DNA of 64,000 nt from Azolla caroliniana (lineage: Eukaryota > Plantae > Polypodiophyta). The notes under the pieces are model-generated. The model saw only the letters and a list, made by a program, of their open reading frames with translations, had not been told where the DNA came from and made no database searches. This document shows positions 25,240-39,200 of the stretch, one piece after another; position 1 is the stretch's first letter; each line of letters begins with the position of its first letter. The stretch covers positions 3,782,001-3,846,000 of the forward strand of contig JBHGNT010000011.1 of assembly GCA_043228905.1 (NCBI GenBank). Direction: 5' to 3'. The translations under genes and the position numbers were made by a program.

Positions 25240-25921
25240 GGCAATCTCTCCTTTATCTCTTCCCTTCTCCTCCCCCAACCACCCAACAACAGTTGGGTGT
25301 TCCTCACATACCCAAATCAGGAAAACATGTATGCCAAGGATCAGCAACAGAACCCACTTCTCCAATCAGTCCAAAACCCTAACTCTAACCCTAGCCTCCT
25401 CTTCTTCTCCTTCGTTACCTTCGGCCTCCGCCGCCGCGGCCGAGTGTCCTGGGATTACAGAGACAGGTAACTTCACAATCAGTGATGAAACCCTATCCTC
25501 TAAAGGATTCAAATTCCACACTACCCTAGAAGGAATAGATCTGGATAGCCTCAACACTCTGTTTGTGAAGGTGGGTTTCCCTCGCCGCGAAAAAGGGAAG
25601 CTCGAGATGGCCCTCCAGAACACCCCATCCCTGCTTTGGCTACAGGAGGTCAGGTCACAAAACCTTGTTGCCTTTGCTAGAGCTACTGGAGATGATGTTT
25701 TCAATGCTATCATTTGGGATGTAGTTGTTGACCCTTCTTACCAAGGCCTTGGTCTTGGTAAAGCTCTCATGGAGAGGCTTATGTTTGCTCTCTTACAGAA
25801 GGGTATCACTAACATTTGCCTCTTCGCAGAGCCCAATGTTGTGAGTTTCTATAAACCCCTTGGCTACATCTCTGATCCTCAAGGCATCAGAGCTATGTCG
25901 ATCTCGAAGAAAGGGAAATAA
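25232..25921 (+). CDS. Plastid-targeted GNAT N-acetyltransferase (SNAT2/GNAT1-like), intronless
   Basis: ATG directly after a (GA)n tract; Ser/Thr-rich transit-peptide-like N-terminus; LVAFARATGDDVFNAIIWDVVVDPSYQGLGLGKALMERL (acetyl-CoA motif QxxGxG); FYKPLG. Confidence 0.9.
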
Positions 25922-27233
25922 GGACCGAGAAATAAGGACGTTTCGAGACAGGAGACTGCCTTTGTTGTATAAGTACATTATATAATTGGAGTTCCTTTTA
26001 AGCACTGCTCATATGTGTTTTGTATGAGTGACTTGAGATTATATGAGATTTGATGCCATATTTACTTGCCATGGACGTGAAGGTTTTGTTTGGAATATCT
26101 TGGAGTCCTATCGCAGTTTCTAGAATATGAGGATGCCATAGGTCTCCGGAAGATCTTGGAATTCTGTAAAAGGAGCTATTTTCTAGTTATGCATCATATC
26201 ATCATTCTAACATGTTGCAGAAATTTCCCTTGAAAGCTGGCCAAGAATCAAAGATATCGGCAGCATCCAATTCATTCTCATGCATTTCAATGTTTCTAAG
26301 CTAAGGTTTTCATGTCCATGAAAGAAATGGTGTATTGACACCAACAAAATGACTTACAGGCTCAATGTTGCGACCATTGCCAGATAAGAAACACTTTAGG
26401 GTGCATTTGTGCATGCTGACATGATAACAAATGCATAATGGAAATCTAAGCAGCATTGGATGATAACGAGACAATTGACCTTGAGGAGAAGCTGACAAAC
26501 GAAACAAATACATGACATGCATGCAAGGAAACTATGAATGCATTATCATGAGCTGCATGAATGAATTAATCCTAATGATAATGTCTTTTGTTACCCTCCT
26601 ACCCGAAGGCTTATACATTGCTTTCTTTAGAGCACCATCCAGATCGAGATGAAGGTTTCTTTTGAAAAATGAAGGTTGATTCACATGCATTTGCAAGGCA
26701 TATCTATATGGGATGGTGATTCACAAAGACTCGATCAAACCGTGATACATATTAACAACGATGCAGATTTTGAGACATAAGTTATTCTTATATATATGTA
26801 TGATATAAGATTATGAAAGGCAAGTACAGGAATTGGCCCGTCACTTTATTTCTTCTTTCTTGTTTATATTATATAACAAACCTCAACAATTCAAAATTTA
26901 ATAATATGGTAAACAAGAGTGAACAAATGTGCATTACAGGAAGAGAGCCTTAACCATCTAATAATTTAAGCCATCTACAATAATGCCCTCTTACATATGT
27001 AGCACTTTTGTATCTGGGAGGAGACTTTCCAATGACCTTTTCATGTTTCCTAGTGGTTAATGAGTTTTACATGCTTATCTAGGTCATCTTGGATTATCCT
27101 ACACCACAAGGTTCCATAATAAAACAAATCCTCAAGATTCATAATTCATACGTTTCAGAATGGTTGACAGCTATACACTCGAATCCAAAAATTGGGCAGT
27201 TCCATGTCTGCTATGTCACGCACAACTCCCCCG

Positions 27234-30200
27234 TTATCCTACTCTATTATCAATTAATGCGAGTTGACGCATAGACATAACTCGATACCAGCTGAGAAAT
27301 TCATAAGGAGAATCTAAAAACATTTGTCGGTAGAGTGATTGACTATCCTGGTGGTGAATCCAAGTGAAGGTCGACATTTTTGCGAAGAAAAAACAAACAA
27401 TGTACTTCATTAACTTTGTCCTATAGCAATAATACTGCTGGCTCCTAAATTTCATCCATGAAAATGACTGCAGAAAAGTTGTGGGAAATTAGAATACGAA
27501 AAAAAAAAATACAGCATTGAAGGTTTCCATTATGCTCATACCTCTTAAACGTGGAAAAGTCAAAGGAGAACCCAAAATAATGGAAATTTCATAGTTTAAG
27601 CTAAGAGTTGTTCAATTTGTTTACAAGAATCAGAACTAGGCCTATGATTAATTTGGTAGTTTAGAGTGGGTATCAAAAGTAAGGGCTCACGGTCAAAGTA
27701 GTGTAGATTTAAGAATGTATAAAGAAATGGGTTAATTGTCTAGTCTAATGCTTCCGTCTTCATTTCTGAGGTTCTAAGAGCCTCGTATACCTGAAGTTTG
27801 TAATGTGCATCTATTAACTCCTGCTCCAGTTTCATAATCTACACAAAAAAACTGAATGTATGAGTGGCTTTTTTATATCTTCTCCTAATAACTAAACGCC
27901 ATAATACAATATTGCTCGTTTAGATGTTTCAACATTTCTTGAATTAATAATCAAGTAGAAAAAGACATAGCATGTAGTTACCTGCACACACATGCATATC
28001 TACAAGGAGAAACAATTATTGCATGCCATCGTAAGGCTCAACATTTGGTCATATCGTACCTCTCAAATAACCCTCACACATACACCAGTGTTGTGATCCA
28101 TATCATACCATACATTTAAAACACACATTAACATCTTAGGTTTTGAAGTGAGCTAAATGTAATTTAATTTATTGGAAATCTTAATATGAGATAATAAAAA
28201 ACGAGCAAATTATAGTTATAATAAAGGGCTCAGGGTCAAATATATGTAATTCAATATCCTGTTAAGCATAACAAGAAGATGCAAGTATTGACCATATGTA
28301 CATATTTTCCATGGTATATATAACAAGATGCATACTTTTCGTGAATAAACACTCAACACACAAGGTGTTTTACTGCCTTAGGAAATCTCTCCATCTCTGA
28401 CCAGCCTATGTTGGGGATCTAGGAATGCACAGTATTCTACTGGTCAGTTCTCCAGAATATCTGCATCATTATGTCAAGGGAGTAGGAATGCCCATGGAAA
28501 CAGTCATGATGATAATCAGGGTCCTTAGACTGCCAATTCATTTCTCAAGTTGCTCACTGATATCATCTCACATTGTGAAGTGCCAGCCTTCTCTAGATGT
28601 TGATATAAGTTTCTTTCAAAGGAGGATCTAGCTGAGCTGTGGGCATATGTTCTATCCTAATGTTGTCAACCCCTCATCCTATTCTTAAGTTCACCTATTC
28701 CTAAATCATAATGATTGTCCTAATGCACTGTGTAATACAACTCTTTGATAGATTCACATCATGATTGTATTTGACTTGGAGAGTAAATTCATCTAGTTGG
28801 TTGATGAGTCATAACGATTGCGAGCAGTGCGGAATTAAAAACTTTGGAAGTAACGCAGTTAAATGTTATTGTCTAGAATTAAATCAAATTTAAGCTTTTC
28901 AGGCTTACCTTCAATTCAAGCTTTTGTTTTTCCCTTTGATGTTGTGTACATCTAAAATTAATGAAAATTCATGAGAAGGAATTTCAATGCATAGATGTTA
29001 AAAGCTATAGCATCAGCACATTTGACAGTTTACATTATACCTTGATTTTAACTGCTCCAGTTCCTCCAGAACATCTGAAGTGCAATGTAAGGCAGAAACA
29101 TTGCAAGTACCCATCGCTAAACATCCGATTGGCTGGAACATGTGAAGGAGAAATATTGTAAAATAGAGCAAAAAAACTGTTTGCTGATATATGTGCAATA
29201 AAGAAGCAAGAACCTGTATCTCAGAAACACTTGAGGAAGTCACATGTATGTCAAAAGAAGCCTTGCGCTTCATTGCTTGATCTGTAGTCTGTACATTAGC
29301 TTCTGTGGCCAGTCTTTTCCCTACAACACCCAGGCCCACTATATTGTCGTGATTTCCATCAGTATTAATACTGCGTTGTATATGTACACTACTTTCAGCG
29401 CCATCACTTTGAAAAGAAGTTCCAACATTACTGCACCGATCTGATGCTGTTTCAGCATGCTTCCAAGGTACCTCTGCATCGGGACCCAATTGAGGTGTTG
29501 GAACCTTGAAAGAGTTCTTAACGCTTGCATCACCTACCGACAGATTGTGGCACCTGGAACCTGCATTCATTCAAGAAGAATTTATCATACATCAGTTCGT
29601 TTAAAACAAGGTAAACTTTACAGGTTTTGGTTGAAAATTAATGAACTATCTGACCTACACAGTTTGTGGTCCACGACGAAGTCTGCAAGTCAAAAAGGTT
29701 CTCATTTCTGAGAGCACTGGATTGAGGAGCACTGGATTGCGGGAATGTCGAAGATCGTCCGGGTTGAATTTTCTGCTGATTATTTACATCTTGACCTGAA
29801 TTGTACCCACCAGGAGTTGGAGTGATGGTGCTTACTCCTTGTCTTCGTAAATGTCTAGGAGGCTGATACCCAATGAGATCACAGTGGAGGTTCCTAAATC
29901 AATACAAGTTGTTAAGGCAATGTCCTTCATGCTATACAAACTCAATAATTGAGAGCAAGTCATAAATTTTTAGTCAATAAGCTTCTTTTGTATTATATCA
30001 ATCAGCAATTGCTAATCTGGTTCAATTCTGTTCTTTAACCTGGTGTTTTTAACCTTGGAAATGGTAGGCCTGAACCTCTACACTAGAACTGAAATGTCCT
30101 AACATCTTCAATCCAAAGTGACCTATGAAGTTACACACATTTGAATCTTATATAGTTGTACATAAGCTTCATAGCTTGCCTATGTAGCTAGGTTGTGATC

Positions 30201-33200
30201 AAAATACAATGATATCCACTTGCATGCTAAAAGTAATGCAGAGTATACGACATGTGTGAGGTAGACCATGAATGGATCAGCCCAAGTTGGCTCTTATAGA
30301 CGACAATCCCCCCTAGATTGTGATAAAATACAATGATATCCACTTGCATAGGTACATGTAATGCAGAGCATACAACATATGTGACATAGAACGTGAGTGG
30401 TTCAGCCAAAGTTGGCTCTCATAGATGAGATGCCATAGGACATCAATGTCGCTTGGGAGCTCATGGTCAATCTGAGGCAATGAAAGTACCCTTCGATGCA
30501 TACTACATATTCTATGTCGTAGTCCAGAATCTAGCGAGAGGCAAATGAACTTCTCAGTCAAACAATATCCCTCTACAAGGTACTGATTGTGCTTGCTCTG
30601 AGGTCATTTGGCACAATCTTTTAAAGAAGCCCTGATGGCAGTCTAATCCACCATATATATTCTACATCCACACATCTCTAATATCTCTGATCATAGTGAA
30701 GGCATCCTTAGATCTCACAGTAAACATACATGGCGACCTTCAGACTTGGGGGCTCTATATGGCATAACAGACACATCTTTCACGAACCTATGATCGTCAC
30801 AATATCCTCTGCTTGTGAGGTACATGGTATACCTACATCTATCTCCAACTGATGTGATGAGGTGCAGATCTGTTCAATGGTACATCTCAATCCATGAGAC
30901 AGATGGATAACGATATATCTATGGTGTAGTATAAATTCATCCTCAGTGAGGTGGGGAACATGGCCTTGATAGAAGGCAATCAGTAACTTCTGCACAGATT
31001 TGGTTGACCTTGTCTAACTGATGTTTTCTGATGACTTCACGAATCTCAGAGTGACTTAGAGTGAGAGATGGTGTATTCAAGGAGTACTGCGATGCAAGTA
31101 GCCTATTAATGCTGAAACCATGGCACCAAACCATGATGCTATTGAGTAATACCAACATGAAGTGTTGCCCTCCGTCACCCGCACCTCTATGACCATTGGT
31201 GGTGCAGCCATCTCAGCCCAGATAATATTGTGGGAAGCAAATACCAAAGCAATCTAGGGATCAAGATCTCTCCAGACCTTGTTAGAGATACCTCCACATC
31301 TGCAAAGATGGTCCAAAGTAGACCTGTAAATCTTCAGTCCATAAAGAATTGTTGGGGTAACAAGGGTATCAATAGTCCTCCTAGGGATAACAAGTTGAGT
31401 CTATGCAGCTTGTCACATGGAGAAGTCAAGTCCTGTGAAAACACGCCAAGCCACCTCATCATCCACTGAGGGTATCCTGTTTTAAACAAGGTTTGCCAAG
31501 AGTCTACTATCCTGTGCAATACTGTCCAAGTGAAGCCCTCTGGAGAGTCTTTCATAAGCACAATATAACCTGCAAACAGTCATAAAACACCAAGACCTTG
31601 GTTTTTCAAGCTTCGCAGAGAGCCCACTATTGTTTGCAAAGGAATATATAGTATCCTATGGACAGTCTGATATGAACACAACAGGAGGGTTTCCGAGTAT
31701 CTACCAACGGAACACCTCTATCTTCTCAAAAGAGAAATCACCAGCTGTAAATTTCATTTGTGAGATGAGTAAAAAAAATCAAAAGTATCAAAACAAATCA
31801 GGCACCTCAACAAGGAAATCCAAACAAGTCTCAGTTTCCAAAATATTTATGCTTCATATCTCCACAATACATTGCACTAAAATACATGCAATGAAATATG
31901 ACAAATGCCTAATCTATCAACATGAACACTCCCATAAGAAGATTATCATTTGGTGGTTTAAAACAAATAGATTATTAGAGTTGATTCAAACAAAAAGAGC
32001 ATTGAAAGAGATGACTCTGAACCCACTCTAAGAAGGGATTATGCGGGAAGAGATTTCATTTCAGAAGTACAAGGGGTATCTTGAATCCATCTCTGCAAAG
32101 AGGATGCTGTAGAGGTCTCTAATCTCTTCACATGCTGAATAGAAACGTGTAACGTGATTGCCTAACTAGAAAATGGCATCATACAGTCTCACCAATACTC
32201 GATTGTCATGGATCTTAAGCGTCCTTCCAAGCGTTGAAGTACAGGTGTTCTTTCAAAATCTTGTTTGTCGTGTGCAGGTTCCACGAAGTTAGCTTCTAAA
32301 ACACCTACAAATAGGGTACAAGTCATTAATTAATAGCACATATCTGACTTCAATAAGGAAGCATAAGGGAATGATCATTAGAATGTCCAATTTTACCTAC
32401 AACACCTTTACCACGACTACTATTTTCATGGAACACTTTCCAAAAAGGCTGCAAAATATATGCAAGTATTAAAAAATATTAGCAGATATATGAGAAAACA
32501 GAAGGATGATATATCGATTTAAAGAGAAGAAGAAATATCATAGATATGCCAAGCGAACAGGTTGGAGTGCACCACTATCAGCCCGCTAGGACTGTTATAT
32601 GAAAATCTTCTCACCATAATTAAGCGATTCTTATGATAGACGTTGAACCCATGGACATCGATAATGGGTGCTTCCTTCACAAATCCTATGGTGGTTATTA
32701 CAGACATCTGAACAATGATAACTGGAAATCAGTGAATGGGCTAAAAGACATAATTAACATCGAGAAAGCAAATGGTATATCTAAAAATTTGCATGTAATC
32801 CACGAAGAGTTAAAAGTTACTCGAAAAGAAACTAGTACCATAAAGTTGCATAGCCAATGTCGTCTGGGAAATAAGATCCTAGATAAGATTGATTATAAAC
32901 CAATGAACAAATAACCCATCAATAAATTTGTGCAAGAATCCACCTACACATCCCTAGCAATGATTAAAAAGTCATGAATCAAGGAGATTAACTGCAGCCC
33001 CCTTACACTTCCCTAGCAATACCACTTCCTCTGTAATCACCTCCTTTTCTTTCACCCACAAATTTGATTCCTGTTGCTGTTAATTCCATTCTTTTAAACT
33101 ATAGCAATCATATTTCTTCTGTTCTGCACAAATTTTACTTGCTCAAATCTTTTCCATGTGACATATCCAATTTTTCATCTCTTCAAAGAAAACCCACCAT

Positions 33201-36200
33201 CATAACAATCTTTGCCACCAAGGAGGGTCATCGTTCTCTGTTCTTTTATGACACCATTTAATTACTTTGCTTTTATTTTATATTTTACTTGCCCCCGGGA
33301 AATTTTGAAATCAGGCAAGAAGATGGTCTTGACAGCATGAGTGTACAAAGAAAGATATATATATTAATGTCTTTTAAGAAGCCAAAATGGCCTACAAGAC
33401 CAAACAAGAGATTACATCTTAAGTGTTATCTTGTCTTTGAGAACAACAAATCAAAATAAAATGAATATTACTACGTTAATATAAAAGTAAATTAGATAAA
33501 AAGAAACTAAAGAATCTGGTGTTCGGCACATGTGAGACTAAAGTAGAGGATATGCAAAGTTATACCTAATATACTTTATGTTGGATCCTACATAACGTCA
33601 CTTAAATGTTTTCACTGAGTGGGCAAAGTTTTTGTTTGAAGAGGTGATACATAGCAGCATGGGCAATGCATGCCATATTCAAACAAACCTCTTTTGATGT
33701 ATACCTCCAAATTCAGCTCTAGTGCTAAAGGATAGTGATTTTAGAATACTGAAATCTGTAGGTCTCATAACTGATTTGCTCTCTTTTCCACAATACTCAG
33801 TTTAGAGTATCTTGAAAGCTCTGATGCAAAGTTTTGGTTTCTGAAAAGGCTTAAACTTCTGGCTGTGTTTTAGAGTTTGGTGTCTCCCTTACTGCATCCT
33901 CCCCTATTTATTATTGAAAAAGAATACCAAGACAGGAACCATTCTTTACTCAGGAGCAATCTAGGTTCGTAGATATGAAATGACGTCTTAACGACTCCAA
34001 AATCTTGAGATGCTTCTTCATTTACATAAGATTTCTAAAAAGGTGAAATTTTAGCTGAATTAGTGCTTCAATTGATGTTTGAAGGCTGGTCATAATCTTC
34101 ATTGTCCTCCAGATTGATCTATGCTAGAGATCTTTTGAAGAAAAAAATTCAAGTATATCTGACTTGAGAATCTTACACATACCAATAACAAGATTCTTTG
34201 TCACTTTTTATCTTATTTACTTAGCAACATTTATTTTCATTTGTTGTTATCAAAGACAAGACAACACTTACAATGTAATCTCTTGTTTGGTCTTAGGGGT
34301 CATTTTGGCCTCTTAAAAGACATTAATATAACTTTCTTTCTTTTTATGCTAATATTTTCCATCTCTAACTGCTGGTTCTTCCCTATCTTAATACGCTGCT
34401 TATCCATCTCTGTTACAGATAAATCTATCATATACTAACAAGAAGAGTGAATCTAGAAAAGCAATTGTCGCTTGATTCTATGGTTCTCAAAGAGAGTTAG
34501 TTGCCTATATATCCATCCTCTCAAACTTGGACTTCTCTAAAGAGGCACAAATGGCCTATAGACACAGCATAAATGTAAAAAATATTCCAAGTAAGATAGT
34601 GCAATTTAAAATGTGTACTATCTCATAAAGTATGTCACGGCAGTAATTGTCATGCGACCATTTCAGGTTGTATCGTAGGCTTGCTTGTCCTACCAATCTT
34701 AGGACATATCTTTATATACATGAGACCATTTTGAGTTGTCCAGAGGCATCGTAAGGTAGCTTGCTTGTCCTACCAACCTTAGGATATGCCTTTATATACT
34801 CCTCACAACAATTATGGCCTTAAATGTTAATTAACTTAAGTAGCCACACAAGCCCACAAATCCAAGATACTAGAGAATGTGTGGACAAACAGTACAAATC
34901 CTGGAGATTTCGAAAATAGAAAACAGTTACTAGCTGGAATGTTACCTCTCTTCCATGATGATCCTTCATGTTTCCAGCATGAGGTTTGTATAAGATGTGC
35001 TCTGGAAACTTCAAGTCAGCTGCAATACTGAAGTGTTGGACAGGCTCTCCCCGCAAAATTATTTGAAACCTTTCTGGCATGTGCAAATAAAGTATCGAGG
35101 AATATGCCTGCAGATAATCGCAGAGTTCATTACACAACAACCCTTACTGAAAATCTTTTGATTAGAAATAGAAGTCATTAGAATGACAAAATACTCTTAA
35201 AGAATGCCGAATCCTGCTCGAAATGTGGTCATTCTTGAATTGTTTCTGCATTGATATTGATTTATTGTTCTTGAAGCAGCTCTGTAATTGAATGTCCTGC
35301 AAACACCTCAAATATATATATATGTTGTGAAAATGGCCACACATAAACAAGAAATGTGGTCTTCCACTCAATAATTGACATAAAATCTTTATTTGAGTCT
35401 TTAGGTCAGATGTATATATCACATGGATCATAATATTCACATTCTTCTGCTCAAACATTCGTTTTCATACGTTTGCAAACAAATGTGTGTGTTATGAAAA
35501 CATACTTATGTTTTTTTTGACATTTTTATTTATTTATTGTTCTCTTTTTTACTTTAAAAAAAGTTTTACATTATAGTAAATAATGAATACAAAAGTATGG
35601 TGTTTCCCATACTTTGAGGGTGTTTACCATGCTTGAATGATCGAAACATACTCAAATGCGAATGCATGTATGGTATGTATGGTTCATACTGTGTATCACA
35701 CTGTCAAGGTAGAAACAATTGTGTTGGATAGGAGTAGGCCAAGCAAATGAATGATGCTTATGGCATGAATGGAGTTTACTAAATGACAGGCTAACATCAT
35801 TGCAGAGAATATGCAAGCATAGCTACCTTTCTATCAGATCATTCAGTGTGGCTGCCCATGCACTATGATTAGGTGGAAGAGAGTTGCGTATTTGAGAAGT
35901 GGCATCCAAGTGTTACAACACAACGAAGTGTTTCATATGAAACCAAACTTTTTGCCGAGTCATGAAACCTTGAAGAGTAACCTAGATGAGCTCACAAGGA
36001 GCACATCCTGACAGGTTTTGTAATCCTCTTTGGTAATATACTTACTGCTTTCCCCCACATGTCTAACATGTTCTCGGAATTTCTTCCTCTCCAAGCCGAT
36101 ACCCTTGAGACATTTTGCTAACATGGCACCCATAAAATCAAGATTCACAACCTATGAGGTCATTTACATAAAGCAAGGATATTAAACTATCCATCATGCC

Positions 36201-39200
36201 CTAGAACCAAGATATCATATATGAGTACTATATGCTGCAAGAAAGCTCTACAATAGCTACAGGGTCCAATAGATAGATCATTTAGCTTCACGAATTTTAT
36301 CTACTCAATGTATGGTATCAATTTTAAGATTCACAAACTGTACTGTAATCTCATGTTGTCCTGCATCCCTTGAAGAAGTCACTCATGGGTTGTCAAAGTC
36401 AGTGCATTTTGCAGCCACTCCCCACACCACCATCTGCAATGCAGCCATAAGTGATAGAACCAAACAAAATAGTCGTCATAACACAAGGTAAGAGCAGCAG
36501 CCTACTAATGCCTTATGAGGAAGAAAAAGAGATAATATTTGTATAAATCTAAGGCAGAGTCATACAGGTTGAGCCTATGAGAAGAAAGTAAAAGTAAAGA
36601 GCATGGAAATTGTTTAATAAGAGGCAACCTAACACACAACTAGCTTCATCTGAGCCTTGGCATGAATATGCAAGGGCACTATAAAATTCCAGAGCAGCCC
36701 ATCCCACACCCATGTGAATCCACCATTTTTACTCCAGAAAAGGTGAGATACATCATTGGTTGTCTACAATTTGGAAAGGTCCTAGATCATGATGGATTGG
36801 TGTATGAGCCCTTTATCTATGCCCATGACACCTTGGTTCCACTCTTTGAACACATCTTTAATAGAGGCATGTGTGAAGATTCCCTACTACTTGCACAGAA
36901 CATACCATTATAACAATTGTCCAAAGCAGAATTGCATGATACCTAGCAACTATATGATTCATGATGCACCTATATGATGCATGATCATCCATAACTTGGC
37001 CAAACTATATGGCTGAATCCTAGAGTTAACTTGAGTGTATTTGGAGAGAAAAATGACTGCCATTCAGCAGAACAAGTAGGTTTTTAAAACAGGTTTACCT
37101 CTTGGATTACATATTGACCTTTTGACTCTTGTTGAGGCAAGAAGTGCCCATAAAAAGAGAATCTATAGTTGCTTTGTGGATTTATGGAAAGCCTTCAACA
37201 TTTTACTGCATGTTCAGCTCATGCAGCGACTAGAAACCCTCCGGGTCTTCATAGACATGCAATGTAAGAAAAAGTATCCACTTCTAATGGATTTTCACAA
37301 GTTATGTCTAGCACAATTGGAGTGAAACAAGGATGTCTACTATTGCCCACTCTCATTGTTGGTATGCTGAAACACATCAATGGTTCAAGCCGCGTGCATA
37401 AGAAAAAAATGCACTACAGCCATTCCAATGTAGCTTGATTGTCCCCATCATAACATGACCAAAGTGTAAAAGAATGGATCTGAACTGATATTATCAACTT
37501 GGATAACACAGGAACATGGATCAGCCCCACAATACCTCTTTGCGAACTTCTTTATATCAATTAGAGATTGAGGTAGGCAAAGATGCATGAATACCTCTAG
37601 AAGAAAGAATTTGCCAATAGCGCCATCAGCGAATGGAATCTGAAGAGCACTATGTTTTGACATTGTGTTGTTTTTTATGAAATAAAAGGGAGATACCATT
37701 GCCTCTTTAAGTTAAACTTCAGCCCACTATGCAATGATGCTTGGGGCTTTTCTTGCTAGAACTCAAGAGACACAAGGAGAAGTTGTTGGAAGACAACAAC
37801 ATAGCCACACAAGCTCCTCAAGAAAGAACAATCCCAGCTTTCTTTAGCCCCTTCACTCCTACTCATGCTACAAGTCAATCAACGGCTACACAAATGGGCT
37901 CCCAAACAGGACATGCAAAGGCATTACAGTAGATCAGGCAATAACAATTTGTTATGTGTGTAGGCCCAGGCCTCATGGATGATAATCTCACCACCGTTGT
38001 CATTGACAAATAAAGGCCATTATCTCTTGCCAGAGTAGGTGGTTCCTCGCTTCGGAGACCTCCCCATTTTGTATGTATAGAGATGGTGGGAGTGAGTTAC
38101 TTCGCTTAAAGGAGCCTCCTTGGTCCTTTAAGTGGGAGGTTGTTGGGATAAAGGTCCCACGGAATCTCCTTTTTGTATATTTTGACCCCTCCATGTGAAA
38201 GCTCCTTTCGAGAGCTTTCTAAACACATCTTTACTATATTCTTGGCCCCAATTTGGGGGTTTATATGCATTTACATTATCTTTATAACTTTTGGTCATTG
38301 GCCAAGTGCGAACATGTCCAAATGACCTAAAAGTTACTTATCAATAAGATTTGGTCCCAAATCTCTCATAACAAAGGAATTTTTGTGGCTAGGATTTCAT
38401 GTCCATTTTCTGCACAGTTTTCTCTACTTTCTTTCTCCTCACACAGCACACACTCCCTTGGATTTTTGGATCTGACAACACCATCACATCATCATCTCTT
38501 TGATGTCCTCTCTTGTTTGGTCTTATAGGACATTTTGGCCTCCTCAAAGAATTAGCAAATTATTCTTTACTCATGTCTTAAAAGACGTTAATATATTTGT
38601 CTTTCTTTCTTTCTTTTCTTTCTTTCTACAGGTTAGAAACTGGAGACCAAGTCTCCATTGGGAACAGCCACATAACTAGGCAGACTTGAAGAGACCCTTA
38701 GTCCTGATTATTGCCCTCATGATAACGAGCAATGTATCAGTGCCCCAATATATAATCTGGCCAGAGACGGAACCAGCCTCAATAGTTACTGAGGCACTAC
38801 TCAGATCAGTTACCCATATTTGGAGGATTTTGGATCTCGCTAAGAAAAGATACTCAAGGTTGGCACTTATGTCATCAAAAATGCTGATAATTGTAGCGGT
38901 TATTTGTTGATGAGCTGTTGTGGTTGTATGGTTATTGTTCACCCTTAACCTTGGCGTTGTCCCACTTGCAAATCAATGGAATATGAGGACAAATGATACC
39001 TGGGGCTGTTCTTGGTAGAAGTCAAGAGATATAAGGAGAAGTTGTAAAGGACAACAATACAACCACATAAGCTCATCAACAAAGAGCAATCACAACTTTC
39101 TGTAGCCCCATCACACCTACTCATGATACAAGTCAATCAAGGTCTACAAAAGTGGGATACCAACCAGGACAGTGCAAAGGGGATACAAAAGATCCCGCAA